Shown here: positions 8,228 to 17,035 of the stretch, in pieces
Layout of the letters: each line of letters begins with the position of its first letter
Position numbering within the stretch: position 1 is the stretch's first letter
Assembly (NCBI GenBank): GCA_036375155.1
Contig: DASUSJ010000296.1
Span: forward strand, 1-60,034
Source of the DNA: Pyrinomonadaceae bacterium
GTDB lineage: Bacteria > Acidobacteriota > Blastocatellia > Pyrinomonadales > Pyrinomonadaceae
Length of the DNA: 60,034 nucleotides
Direction: 5' to 3'
The notes under the pieces: generated by a model
Told to the model about the DNA's origin: nothing
Databases searched by the model: none
What the model saw: the letters and a program-made list of their open reading frames with translations, nothing else
Translations under genes and position numbers: made by a program

Positions 8228-9682
8228 TTACTTGATCCGCTTCGACAGGAATGCGTCTTTGCCTTGGACGATCTTTAGTTGAGCGGGCTGGGCTCCGGAT
8301 TTGGGGGTGAACTCAAGGCCCCAAGTCCTGTCCTTCAGAAAGAATTTAGTCTCCGACTCGGCGAAGACCTGAAAACCTTTTCCCGGCGGCTCCTGGACTA
8401 GTAGTTTGTCGCCCTCGCGCGTGACGATAAAGATCCGGTTCCTTAAGGTCTCGAATTGGTACTCGCCGACATAGGACTCGAGAACCTCCGGCGATACCTT
8501 GATGGCGACCTTCCCGCTCGCACGCCGTTTAGCGATCCACTTTTTCATCGCGGCCTGGGAATTTTTTTCGCATCCGTATCCGAGATCCCATGCATCCAGA
8601 AAGCTGCATGCGAACACATTGTCGACGATGACCTTGGCCGTCATCGCGCGCTCGTCAAACTGGTGGTCAACGAGCGACTCGCTGTTGGCGAGCATGATGA
8701 GCGTCAGATCTTTCTCCGGCACTTTGAGATAAAGCGCCGAGAATCCGCTGCCCCAGTGCCCGTAATGCCAGATGAGTCTGACGCCGTGGTAATTCGTCGC
8801 GAACCACCCGAGTCCGTGTGGCAGCCGGGCGCCGGAGTTCGAAACGAAAGGCGTCCAGGCGTGCTCCTGCGTCTCTTTCTTGATGAACTGGTGGCGATCG
8901 ATGGCGATATCGTACTTCGCCATGTCGAGAGCGGTCGATAGCAGGCCCGCCGCGGAACCGTTGTAATGTCTTCCAGGATAGGATGTGTGGATGATCTCGC
9001 CGGCGCCATAGTATGAGTAGGGCTCCGCAAACTTCTCGAGATTTTTCTTGTAACGATCCAGGCGTTCCTGTCCCAGCAAAGTCATCCACTTATCCGCATC
9101 AACAACGACGTTGTGATAGGGAACGCTGTCCGTCATCTCCAACGGATCAAAAAACGTTTCCACGACGAGCTGGGTAAATTTCTTACCAGTCTTCTTCTCA
9201 AGAACCGCGTCGACGTAGTCATAATTCCGACCGTCATATTGAAAACGGTCACCTGGCTTCCCGCTCGACGTGTGAGTGAGCAGATGCTTTATCTTGACGG
9301 AATCGTCCTTGAAGTCGGTTGAGTATCGCGACGCCGGCTCGTCAAGGCTCAGCTTTCCCTGCTCCACGAGCTGCATGATAAGCGTCGCACCGAAGGTCTT
9401 AGTCAGCGATGCGATGTGAAACAGCGTGTTCGGCATCGCGGAAGTCTGCTTCTCGACGTCCGCGAATCCAGATCCCGCTGTCCACCGCACCTTTTGATCT
9501 TTAACAATGACGGCGGACATCCCGGGAACCTTGAGGATCGCTCGCAATTCGTGGACTCGTTTCTCGAAACGCTCGAACCGTTTCTTGTCGCCGCTCTCGT
9601 CTCGAGACGATTGCGTGTTAGCTGTGGTCGCACTGGTTACGAGAATTGAAGTAAGGGCGAAACATACGACAAAGGTTTTCAT
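8228..9682 (-). CDS. Secreted serine hydrolase (beta-lactamase / class-C-like fold)
   Basis: GGAGGT lies upstream of the ATG at 9682. The signal peptide is MKTFVVCFALTSILVTSATTA. The SxxK motif is in FHIASLTKTFGATLIMQLVEQGKL. Confidence 0.9.
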   Translation of the reverse strand: MKTFVVCFALTSILVTSATTANTQSSRDESGDKKRFERFEKRVHELRAILKVPGMSAVIVKDQKVRWTAGSGFADVEKQTSAMPNTLFHIASLTKTFGATLIMQLVEQGKLSLDEPASRYSTDFKDDSVKIKHLLTHTSSGKPGDRFQYDGRNYDYVDAVLEKKTGKKFTQLVVETFFDPLEMTDSVPYHNVVVDADKWMTLLGQERLDRYKKNLEKFAEPYSYYGAGEIIHTSYPGRHYNGSAAGLLSTALDMAKYDIAIDRHQFIKKETQEHAWTPFVSNSGARLPHGLGWFATNYHGVRLIWHYGHWGSGFSALYLKVPEKDLTLIMLANSESLVDHQFDERAMTAKVIVDNVFACSFLDAWDLGYGCEKNSQAAMKKWIAKRRASGKVAIKVSPEVLESYVGEYQFETLRNRIFIVTREGDKLLVQEPPGKGFQVFAESETKFFLKDRTWGLEFTPKSGAQPAQLKIVQGKDAFLSKRIK

Positions 9683-9805
9683 GTTGACCTCCGCGGTGGT
9701 GCAGGCCCTTAGGATAGCTCTGTTTAGAATTTTATGGATAGAAAAACTGGACGGGGGTTAATTCGATGCACTTAGAACCCGGCTGAGCCGAAGAGCCTCT
9801 ATTTT

Positions 9806-9934
9806 ACTTTTCGTGTCTTCTTCGTGTGCTTGGTGTGTTTCGTGGTTAGATTTTTTGGTTGTACCGAGGCTCGATAGTTATTGTTAGAACTTTAACCACG
9901 AAACACACTAATCACACTAAAAAGACACGAGAGA
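9806..9934. repeat. TTCGTG-family hairpin
   Basis: cttttcgtgtcttcttcgtgtgcttggtgtgtttcgtggtt ... aaccacgaaacacactaatcacactaaaaagacacgagag. Confidence 0.85.
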
Positions 9935-10235
9935 AATCCGAAGTTGATATGGTTAGCGGTTGGGCCGATTCCGTCTGCAGACGGTTACCGAGTCGGTGGT
10001 TGCCGGTCTTCGGGATCTGTTGGCGAAGAATTCGACGGTTTCGTGTCAGTCCGCAAAATGATCACGTGTGGCCTGAGTCTAGTTTCGGGTAGCCGTTAAG
10101 TCTTTCAAGAACGTCCGGGCCGCCTCGCAGCTAAAGCTGCTCGAGATCTGTATCAGCATCGATCCGTCGGTGTATGAGAGCGAACTCATATAGAATGATC
10201 GCCTGCACGAACATTAGACGAATTTAGGAGAACAT

Positions 10236-10571
10236 ATGCCGCTTTATCTGACAAAGTTTAGCTACACACCCGAGACTTGGGCGAGACTCATTCGTGCCCC
10301 GGAAGACCGCCGGAAGGCGGCTCAGCAGTATATCGAATCCGTCGGTGGAAAGCTGCACGGGTTTTGGTATGCGTTTGGAGACAGCGACGGATATAACCTC
10401 TGGGAGGCTCCCGATAATGTCTCGGTCGCCGCGGTCGCTCTGGCAATCACCGCAGGCGGTGCAATTAGCTCACTTGAGACAACGGTGCTTATGACAGTGG
10501 AAGATACGATAGAGGCGTTGCAGAAAGCCGGGCAGATCGGTTACCAGGCACCCGGAACGCAAGTGAAGTAA
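10236..10571 (+). CDS. GYD domain-containing protein
   Basis: AGGAGA lies upstream. MPLYLTKFSYTPETWARLI...GGKLHGFWYAFGDSDGYNLWEAPDNVS is typical of the GYD family. Confidence 0.88.
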   Translation: MPLYLTKFSYTPETWARLIRAPEDRRKAAQQYIESVGGKLHGFWYAFGDSDGYNLWEAPDNVSVAAVALAITAGGAISSLETTVLMTVEDTIEALQKAGQIGYQAPGTQVK

Positions 10572-10577
10572 GTCCCT

Positions 10578-10775
10578 TTTCGGATTTTGGTTTGGATCGG
10601 AGCCGAGGTTACGTTCACCTCCTCTTTTTTTGCCGCGGATCTGCGCGGACGACGCGGATCTCTTTTCTGTGACGTGTCTTCTGTGTGTTCCATGGTCAAT
10701 CAAAGCGGTGAACCACGGAATGCGCGGAAGACAAAGAGCGGCACGGAACAAATCCAAGATCTAAAATCCAAATTG
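10578..10775. repeat. Composite repeat: heptamers, then GCGGAT module, then nonamer hairpin, then inverted heptamers
   Basis: tttcggattttggtttggatc (10578-10598). tttttttgccgcggatctgcgcggacgacgcggatc (10625-10660). ctgtgacgtgtcttctgtgtgttcc...ggtgaaccacggaatgcgcggaagacaaagagcggcacggaac (10661-10750). aaatccaagatctaaaatccaaatt (10750-10775). Confidence 0.75.
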
Positions 10776-11088
10776 AACTGGCTCTTTCCCGGCTTACACC
10801 GAAGCGCTGATGGCCGACGTTCCCCCGACTAATACTCAGGGCTGCCACATGGAATAAAAGCACTGGGTCGTAATCTAGATCACTTACGCCCGTGAAACAT
10901 CGGAATACCATTTGCACTGCCGGTGATTAGTTACGGAAACCCGCATTGAATGAGTCGTTTTTGCGAATGTTTCCGCGCCGTATGCTAAAACTTACGCGGA
11001 GGGAATCCGTCCCCGATCCAATTGCGGTCCAGTGGAAATAAACGACCGCACATCTTGTTTTAAGGACTACGAATTTTAGGAGGGCCAG

Positions 11089-11535
11089 ATGCTCGAAGTA
11101 AAAGACATGACCCACGGCGAGATGGACGCCTTGCTCGACCGCGTTAGATACGGCCACCTCGGCTGCGCTCGAGATAATCATCCTTACGTTGTGCCGATCC
11201 ATTTCGCTTTGGACCAGCACACCATTTACATTTTCACGACCGAAGGCAAGAAGTCAGAGATGATCGATTCGAATCCAGAAGTCTGCCTTCAGGTCGAAGA
11301 GGTAATAGACGATGAAAATTGGTCCAGCGTGGTCATCGTCGGCGACGCGGAGAAGCTGACCAGGGGTGCGGACCGTGATAAAGCGTTTGCGGCGATCTCG
11401 GCGGCGAACCCCACTCTAACCCCGGCCCTTAGTTTCCGATGGGTGGACGAGTGGGTGCGCGAACAAAAGGATGCCGAAGTTATCTATCGCATAAAACGAA
11501 AGACAACTACCGGCCGGCGAGCCGGAGGTCACTAG
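11089..11535 (+). CDS. Pyridoxamine 5'-phosphate oxidase-like FMN-binding family protein
   Basis: AGGAGGG lies upstream. The sequence GHLGCARDNHPYVVPIHFALDQHTIYIFTTEGKKSEMIDSNPEVCLQVEE fits this family. Confidence 0.85.
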   Translation: MLEVKDMTHGEMDALLDRVRYGHLGCARDNHPYVVPIHFALDQHTIYIFTTEGKKSEMIDSNPEVCLQVEEVIDDENWSSVVIVGDAEKLTRGADRDKAFAAISAANPTLTPALSFRWVDEWVREQKDAEVIYRIKRKTTTGRRAGGH

Positions 11536-11567
11536 CGGAGTATCTGAGGATCCGCTTGCGGGCAATC

Positions 11568-11647
11568 ACGGAGATTTCGTGATCTTTTTCGTGTGGTTTC
11601 GTGTGAATTCGTGGTTCCAGTCGGTCGCCGAATATTTGGAACCAAGG
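11568..11647. repeat. TTCGTG-family element, truncated. It shares a loop, in opposite orientation, with the copy at 19168.
   Basis: The sequence is ttcgtgatctttttcgtgtggtttcgtgtgaattcgtggttcc-agtcggtcgccgaatattt-ggaacc. The loop ggtcgccgaatattt is the reverse complement of aaatattcggcgacc at 19214. The second arm is missing. Confidence 0.75.
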
Positions 11648-11696
11648 CCCCGTGACCGGTTTGATGTGGGTGGGTAATCTCAAACGGAATTGTCAT

Positions 11697-11772
11697 ACGA
11701 GTCAGTACCGGGAGCGGTACTAAATCCCCTCGGGGTGAGACCCGGTCGCTACCGCTCCCGGTACTGACTCGT
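11697..11772. repeat. Perfect 23-bp inverted repeat with a 30-nt loop
   Basis: acgagtcagtaccgggagcggta (11697-11719) pairs with taccgctcccggtactgactcgt (11750-11772). The loop contains cccctcgggg. Confidence 0.9.
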
Positions 11773-11843
11773 GCCGCATTGATCTCCAATCGGACACTGG
11801 GCGCCCTAACCACAGTAGTCGGCAGTCGGATTTACCCAGGCGC

Positions 11844-11880
11844 TACTGCTCCCGTACTGACTCCGGGCGACCGGGTCGCT
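11844..11880. repeat. Partial third copy of the 23-bp repeat arm
   Basis: tactgctcccgtactgactc and gaccgggtcgct are related to 11739-11770 but rearranged. Confidence 0.6.
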
Positions 11881-11988
11881 GTAGTTGCCGGTTCCGACCC
11901 GAACTCACGCGCGACTTTTTTATGATTTCGTTGCTTTTTGGGAAGAGATTCGCCAGACTGCATCTAGACCCCATTTAGTCAGTGAGGC

Positions 11989-14900
11989 GTGGCAGATCGC
12001 TGGCCCGGTCTCGATTTGGAGAGTTCGTCCACGACATCCAGTTTGATGGAAGAGGATCAAAAGAGTCTTCATTCGTTTGAGAACGATAAGATCATCGTCG
12101 TAGGCATAGGCGCGTCGGCGGGTGGAATCCAGGCCCTCAAAACGTTCTTCGAAGCTGTACAACCCAAATCCGGGATGGCTTACGTCGTTATTCTCCATCT
12201 CTCTCCCGAACACGAAAGTCAGTTAGCTCAGATCCTGCAGTCCGTCGCGGCAATACCCGTCACACAAGTTAACAAGAAGGTAAAGGTATTGCCCGACCAT
12301 GCGTACGTTGTTCCCCCCAATAAGAGCTTGTCGATGGTGGACGGCCACATTGTTGTCACGCCCGTGAAAACAGCGGAAGAACGTCGGGCTCCCATAGATA
12401 TCTTTTTCCGTACCCTCGGCGAATCGCACAGCGACAAAGCCGCGGCGGTGGTCCTTTCCGGCACCGGTGCAGATGGTTCGATGGGACTCAAGCGAGTCAA
12501 GGAGCTGGGAGGGGTGGTTTTCGTTCAGACACCCACGGAAGCCGAGTTCGGAGAGATGCCACGGAACTCGATCGCGACCGATCTTGTGGACGGGATCTTC
12601 AAGGTGGCCGAGATTCCGGGGAAGCTTTTGGCTTACAAAGAGAGTTTGGGCGGGATCCAACTCCCGGCAGAATCCTCTTCGCGATCGGCTGACGAGAACG
12701 GTGCATTGACCGAGATCTTGGACCAGTTGAAGACCGGCACCGGTCACGATTTTTCCAGCTATAAGAACGGGACAATCAACCGCCGGCTGGCAAACAGACT
12801 GAGCCTGCGGGGGCTCAACGATCTCCAGTCGTATTCCGAATTCGTCCGCGGAAATCCAGACGAGACTCGGGCGTTGCTGAAGAATCTTCTCATCTCCGTT
12901 ACGAGCTTTTTTCGCGATAAGGAAACTTTCAATTATCTGGAAAAAGAAATTTTGCCCCGCATCTTGTCCGCCAACGACAGGTCGCGTCCGGCCCGCGTCT
13001 GGGTGGCCGGCTGCGCTACAGGTGAAGAGGCGTATTCGATCGCGATGCTGATGGCGGAAACAAGACCGTCTGTCATGCCTCAGATCTTCGCGACCGATAT
13101 CGACGACGTCGCACTCGCGAAAGCTCGCCAGGGTTTTTACACGGTCAACGACGCGGCCGACGTGTCTGAGGAGCGGCTCCATCGATTCTTTGTCCCGAAT
13201 GACGGTGGGTTCCGGGTGAAGCGCGAGTTGCGGGAGACGATCTTGTTTGCCAATCACAACGCGCTCAGGGATCCGCCTTTCGCGCGCATCGATTTGGTTA
13301 GTTGTCGGAACCTGCTGATATATCTGAACCATGCGGCCCAGCAGAGGCTGATGCAGACCTTCCATTTTTCCCTGGTTCCGAAGGGGTATTTATTTCTCGG
13401 CACGGCCGAAACCGTTGATGGTGAGACGCAACTGTTCTCCCCGGTGGGCCGGCAACACCACGTGTATCAGCGGCGTCAGGCGGTGCAGCCCGTCTACCCG
13501 GTTCCCACCACGACCTCATCCGCGCTGCGGCCCCTTTTGTCGACACCTGAGCTTCCGCCGCGAGTGTGGGACATGCCGGCCCCCACCCAGGCTCCCCCGG
13601 CGATCCTGCATAAAGAGCTGCTCGAACAATACACCCCGTCGGTTTTGGTGAACACAGAGTTCGACATCGTGCATATGTCGGACAACGTCCTGCCGTTCCT
13701 GCGAATGAAAGGGGGTGAGTTTACCCAGAGTTTATTGGACCTGGTGCGCGACGAACTCCGGCTCAGACTTCGGACGGCGCTGTACCAGGCAGTGCAAGAG
13801 AACGTAGGAGTCGATGTTGACGATGTTGCGGTTGCACTCGACGGCCGTGATGCTTCGGTGAACATTCGGGTCCGGCCGATGACGGAGGACGGGGGTGAGC
13901 GACCAAATCACCTTCTGGTGCTTTTCGAAGAAGTCTCAGGCACAGATGATAAACGAATCCAACAAGGGCCGATCTCGGAGGTAGATGTCGCACAGCAGCT
14001 TGAAAACGAGATAGCGCGCCTGAAGCAGAGAATCCGCGATTCCGACGAGCGGTACCGCATCCAGGCGGAAGAACACAGAGGTTCAAATGAGGAGCTTCAC
14101 GCGATCAACGAGGAGCTTCGTTCGGCTGTGGAGGAACTGGAAACAAGCAAGGAGGAGTTGCAATCCCTCAACGAAGAATTGAATACCGTAAATCAGGAAC
14201 TGAACGTAAAGATCGATGAGGTCACCTCAACCAGCAATAATCTCAACAATCTGGTCAACTCCACCGAGATCGGGACAATATTCCTCGACCGCACGTTCGG
14301 CGTGCGGATGTTCACACCGGCGGCGAAAGAAGTTTTCAATTTGATACCCGCCGATATCGGTCGTCATCTGGGCGATATCACCAGCCACCTCGCTGGTACG
14401 GATGTCCTCGCGGACGCCAGATCAGTACTGAAAACGCTAAATTCCATCGAACGATCGGTGGAGACCGAAGACGGGCGAAAGTTCCTGCTGCATGTGCTTC
14501 CATACCGGACGCTGGACGATCAGATCAATGGGGTCGTGCTGACATTTTACGATGTCACCGATCACAGGTCGCTGGAAGAATCCCAGCGTCTCCTCGCGTC
14601 GATCGTTGAGTCCAGCATGGATTCCATTATCACCATCGACCTGGAGGGCGCGATTACCAGCTGGAACAAAGCCGCCGAGCGGCTCTACGGTTACGGTAGG
14701 CCCGAAGTGCTTGGCGAGCCGATCACCGCACTAACGCTTCCGGTAGACCTTAACGAGGTTCTCGCCAAGGCTCGAAGAATCGAAGCCGGCGTTGACGTCG
14801 AGATCTTCGACACGGTGCGGTTGAACAAAGATGGGCGTGAGATGGTTCTCGAAATCGTATTGTCGCCGGTCCTGAATACTAGCGGCGACGTTGCCGGCGT

Positions 14901-16791
14901 CTCCATCGTCGCCCGCGATGTGACGGTCCGACGGCAGATCGAGAACGCATCGCAGATCCTCGGTGAAAGGTACCGCACGTTGTTCGATTCAGTCCCGGTC
15001 GCCGTATACACGACCGACGCGGAGGGAAACTTTCAAGAGTGCAATAAACACGCCGAAGAACTGTTGGGGGTCGGCCTGGAAATTCGCGATCTCAAGAACC
15101 CGTTCGGAACCTCGTGGAAGCTGTTTTACCCCAACGGTTCGTCCATGCCGCATACGGAATCGCCGATGGCGAGGGCCATGAGAGGAGAGAGCATTGCTGC
15201 CTCAGATAGGGAAATGGTGGTGGAGCGGCCGGACGGGAGCCGAAGAAGTTTCGTCGTCAATTCCCGTGCGTTCAGAGATCAAGATGGCAGGCTCATCGGG
15301 GCTATCAATTGCCTGCACGACATCTCCGATCTGCAAAGTGCTGAGGAACAATTGAAGTTTCAGGCACATTTGCTCGAGGCCGTTGAGCAAGCGGTGATCG
15401 CGACGGACGCCGATGGACGGGTCATTTACTGGAACCGTTTCGCTGAAAAGATGTTCGGCTGGAGGGCGGGCGAGGTGAAAGGAAAGAACATCCTGGACAT
15501 CACAACGCCGGACCTTGATGCCGACCGGGCCAGGGAAATAATGTCGATGCTTCGGGAGGGTCAAAGCTGGAACGGCGAGTTCGACGTCAAGCGACGCGAC
15601 GGCACTGTGTTCCCCGCGGAAGTGTCCGACTACCCCATCCGGGATGAGAATGGAAACTTAAGCGGTATCGTGGGAGTGTCTGTCGATGCGACCGAACGCA
15701 AACGCGCCGAGGACGCCCTTCGTGCGACGAACGAACGTCTTCGGTTGCTAATCGAGAGTGCATCAGACTACGCGATCTTCACTTTGGACCGTGATCGACG
15801 GATCAGCCTGTGGAACGCGGGGGCCGAGAAGGTGTTCGGTTGGTCGGAAGAGGAGGCGGTCGGGCAGCCCGTGGATATCATCTTTACCCCGGAGGATCGA
15901 AAAAAAGGGGTCCCGGCGCACGAGATACGGACCGCCCTCAAGAAAGGACGCGCCCCGGACGAACGGTTCCACGTACGGAAAGACGGTTCGCTTTTCTTCG
16001 CCTCGGGTGTGATGACGGTTATCAAGAACAAAGCGGGGGAGGTCCAGAGTTTCACGAAGATCGCGCGCGACATGACCGATCGTCTGAAGACTGATAAGGC
16101 CATCCACGAACGCGGGTTGCTGCAGCGGCTGGTCGCGGCCCAGGAGGATGAGCGCCGGCGAATAGCTCGGGACCTACACGATGAGCTGGGTCAGCAGATG
16201 GTCGCCTTGCGGCTGAAACTGGACCTTTTGAGCAAGCTTCCTCAGGGCCTCGAACTGCATGATGAGCTAACGGAGATCCAGCGAATGGCGGCCCGCATCG
16301 ACAACGGGGTCGATTTCCTCGCCTGGGAGCTTCGCCCCGCGATCCTTGACGATTTCGGCTTGTTCGCGGCTCTCGAAAGATACATTCAACAATGGTCTGC
16401 CTACAGCGGCGTCCCGGCACAACTGATGCCATCCAAACTGAAGGTCCCCCGGTTCACTCCGGAGGTGGAGATCAACCTTTACCGGATAGTCCAGGAGGCG
16501 CTGAACAATACTTTCAAATACGCGAGAGCGAAAAGTGTCGCAGTGATGCTCGACCGTCGTGACGACCTCGTCGTGTTGCTGATCGAAGACGATGGCATCG
16601 GTTTTCGACCCAAGAAGATCGCAAAGAGATACAACCAAGGGATGGGGCTCACCAGCATGAAGGAGCGGGCAGAGTTGATCGGCGCAACCTTCGAAATTGA
16701 ATCCACGGTCGGCCAAGGGACTGCCATCTATGTGACTCTTCCCGCCGAGGCCTTACTCGAAACCGGACCGATGGGTGCCAAGGCACGCTAG
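11989..16791 (+). CDS. CheB methylesterase / CheR methyltransferase fusion with multiple PAS domains and a HisKA_3-type histidine kinase (1600 aa)
   Basis: CheB-like: VVGIGASAGGIQAL...VLSGTGADGSMGLKRVKELGG. CheR-like: RVWVAGCATGEEAYSIAML...CRNLLIYLN. Coiled coil: EELHAINEELRSAVEELETSKEELQSLNEELNTVNQEL. At least four PAS S-boxes are present. H-box: ARDLHDELGQ. HATPase: DDGIGF...GMGLTSMKERAELIGATF. The start is uncertain, either GTG 11989 or ATG 12046. Confidence 0.9.
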   Translation: MADRWPGLDLESSSTTSSLMEEDQKSLHSFENDKIIVVGIGASAGGIQALKTFFEAVQPKSGMAYVVILHLSPEHESQLAQILQSVAAIPVTQVNKKVKVLPDHAYVVPPNKSLSMVDGHIVVTPVKTAEERRAPIDIFFRTLGESHSDKAAAVVLSGTGADGSMGLKRVKELGGVVFVQTPTEAEFGEMPRNSIATDLVDGIFKVAEIPGKLLAYKESLGGIQLPAESSSRSADENGALTEILDQLKTGTGHDFSSYKNGTINRRLANRLSLRGLNDLQSYSEFVRGNPDETRALLKNLLISVTSFFRDKETFNYLEKEILPRILSANDRSRPARVWVAGCATGEEAYSIAMLMAETRPSVMPQIFATDIDDVALAKARQGFYTVNDAADVSEERLHRFFVPNDGGFRVKRELRETILFANHNALRDPPFARIDLVSCRNLLIYLNHAAQQRLMQTFHFSLVPKGYLFLGTAETVDGETQLFSPVGRQHHVYQRRQAVQPVYPVPTTTSSALRPLLSTPELPPRVWDMPAPTQAPPAILHKELLEQYTPSVLVNTEFDIVHMSDNVLPFLRMKGGEFTQSLLDLVRDELRLRLRTALYQAVQENVGVDVDDVAVALDGRDASVNIRVRPMTEDGGERPNHLLVLFEEVSGTDDKRIQQGPISEVDVAQQLENEIARLKQRIRDSDERYRIQAEEHRGSNEELHAINEELRSAVEELETSKEELQSLNEELNTVNQELNVKIDEVTSTSNNLNNLVNSTEIGTIFLDRTFGVRMFTPAAKEVFNLIPADIGRHLGDITSHLAGTDVLADARSVLKTLNSIERSVETEDGRKFLLHVLPYRTLDDQINGVVLTFYDVTDHRSLEESQRLLASIVESSMDSIITIDLEGAITSWNKAAERLYGYGRPEVLGEPITALTLPVDLNEVLAKARRIEAGVDVEIFDTVRLNKDGREMVLEIVLSPVLNTSGDVAGVSIVARDVTVRRQIENASQILGERYRTLFDSVPVAVYTTDAEGNFQECNKHAEELLGVGLEIRDLKNPFGTSWKLFYPNGSSMPHTESPMARAMRGESIAASDREMVVERPDGSRRSFVVNSRAFRDQDGRLIGAINCLHDISDLQSAEEQLKFQAHLLEAVEQAVIATDADGRVIYWNRFAEKMFGWRAGEVKGKNILDITTPDLDADRAREIMSMLREGQSWNGEFDVKRRDGTVFPAEVSDYPIRDENGNLSGIVGVSVDATERKRAEDALRATNERLRLLIESASDYAIFTLDRDRRISLWNAGAEKVFGWSEEEAVGQPVDIIFTPEDRKKGVPAHEIRTALKKGRAPDERFHVRKDGSLFFASGVMTVIKNKAGEVQSFTKIARDMTDRLKTDKAIHERGLLQRLVAAQEDERRRIARDLHDELGQQMVALRLKLDLLSKLPQGLELHDELTEIQRMAARIDNGVDFLAWELRPAILDDFGLFAALERYIQQWSAYSGVPAQLMPSKLKVPRFTPEVEINLYRIVQEALNNTFKYARAKSVAVMLDRRDDLVVLLIEDDGIGFRPKKIAKRYNQGMGLTSMKERAELIGATFEIESTVGQGTAIYVTLPAEALLETGPMGAKAR

Positions 16792-16860
16792 AGTATATAT
16801 TGTTGAGACGAGCCGGAACTGTGCTCGTCCGTCGGATGAGGATGGACCAACTGTCAGCGC

Positions 16861-16962
16861 TTTTTTTGAACGCGGATTTAACGAAGGCGGATTAAGAGGG
16901 ATCAGCAACCCTTTTTTCAGATCCATGAAAATCCGTCCGATCCGTTTGATCCGAGTTCAACG
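16861..16962. repeat. GCGGAT module folded against its inverse (ATCCG) arm
   Basis: tttttttgaacgcggatttaacgaaggcggattaaga ... gaaaatccgtccgatccgtttgatccgagttcaacg. It lies about 70 nt after the kinase stop codon. A separate GC-rich hairpin, gacgagc/gctcgtc, lies at 16806-16829. Confidence 0.75.
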
Positions 16963-17035
16963 AATCTATTACCAAGCGATGCTCACTTGGTCCACGTCTT
17001 GAACTCGAGGTCAACCGCAGTCTAGAATTCCATCA

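Noticed and set aside
12223-13365. A 380-aa antisense ORF inside the CheB/CheR kinase gene. Similar long antisense ORFs lie at 52504-53538, 17099-17818, 1749-2438, 22325-23017 and 41797-42645.
   Set aside because: The opposite strand encodes proteins with unmistakable conserved motifs. The antisense products are Arg/Pro/Gly-rich with no motifs, as expected from GC-rich codon bias.
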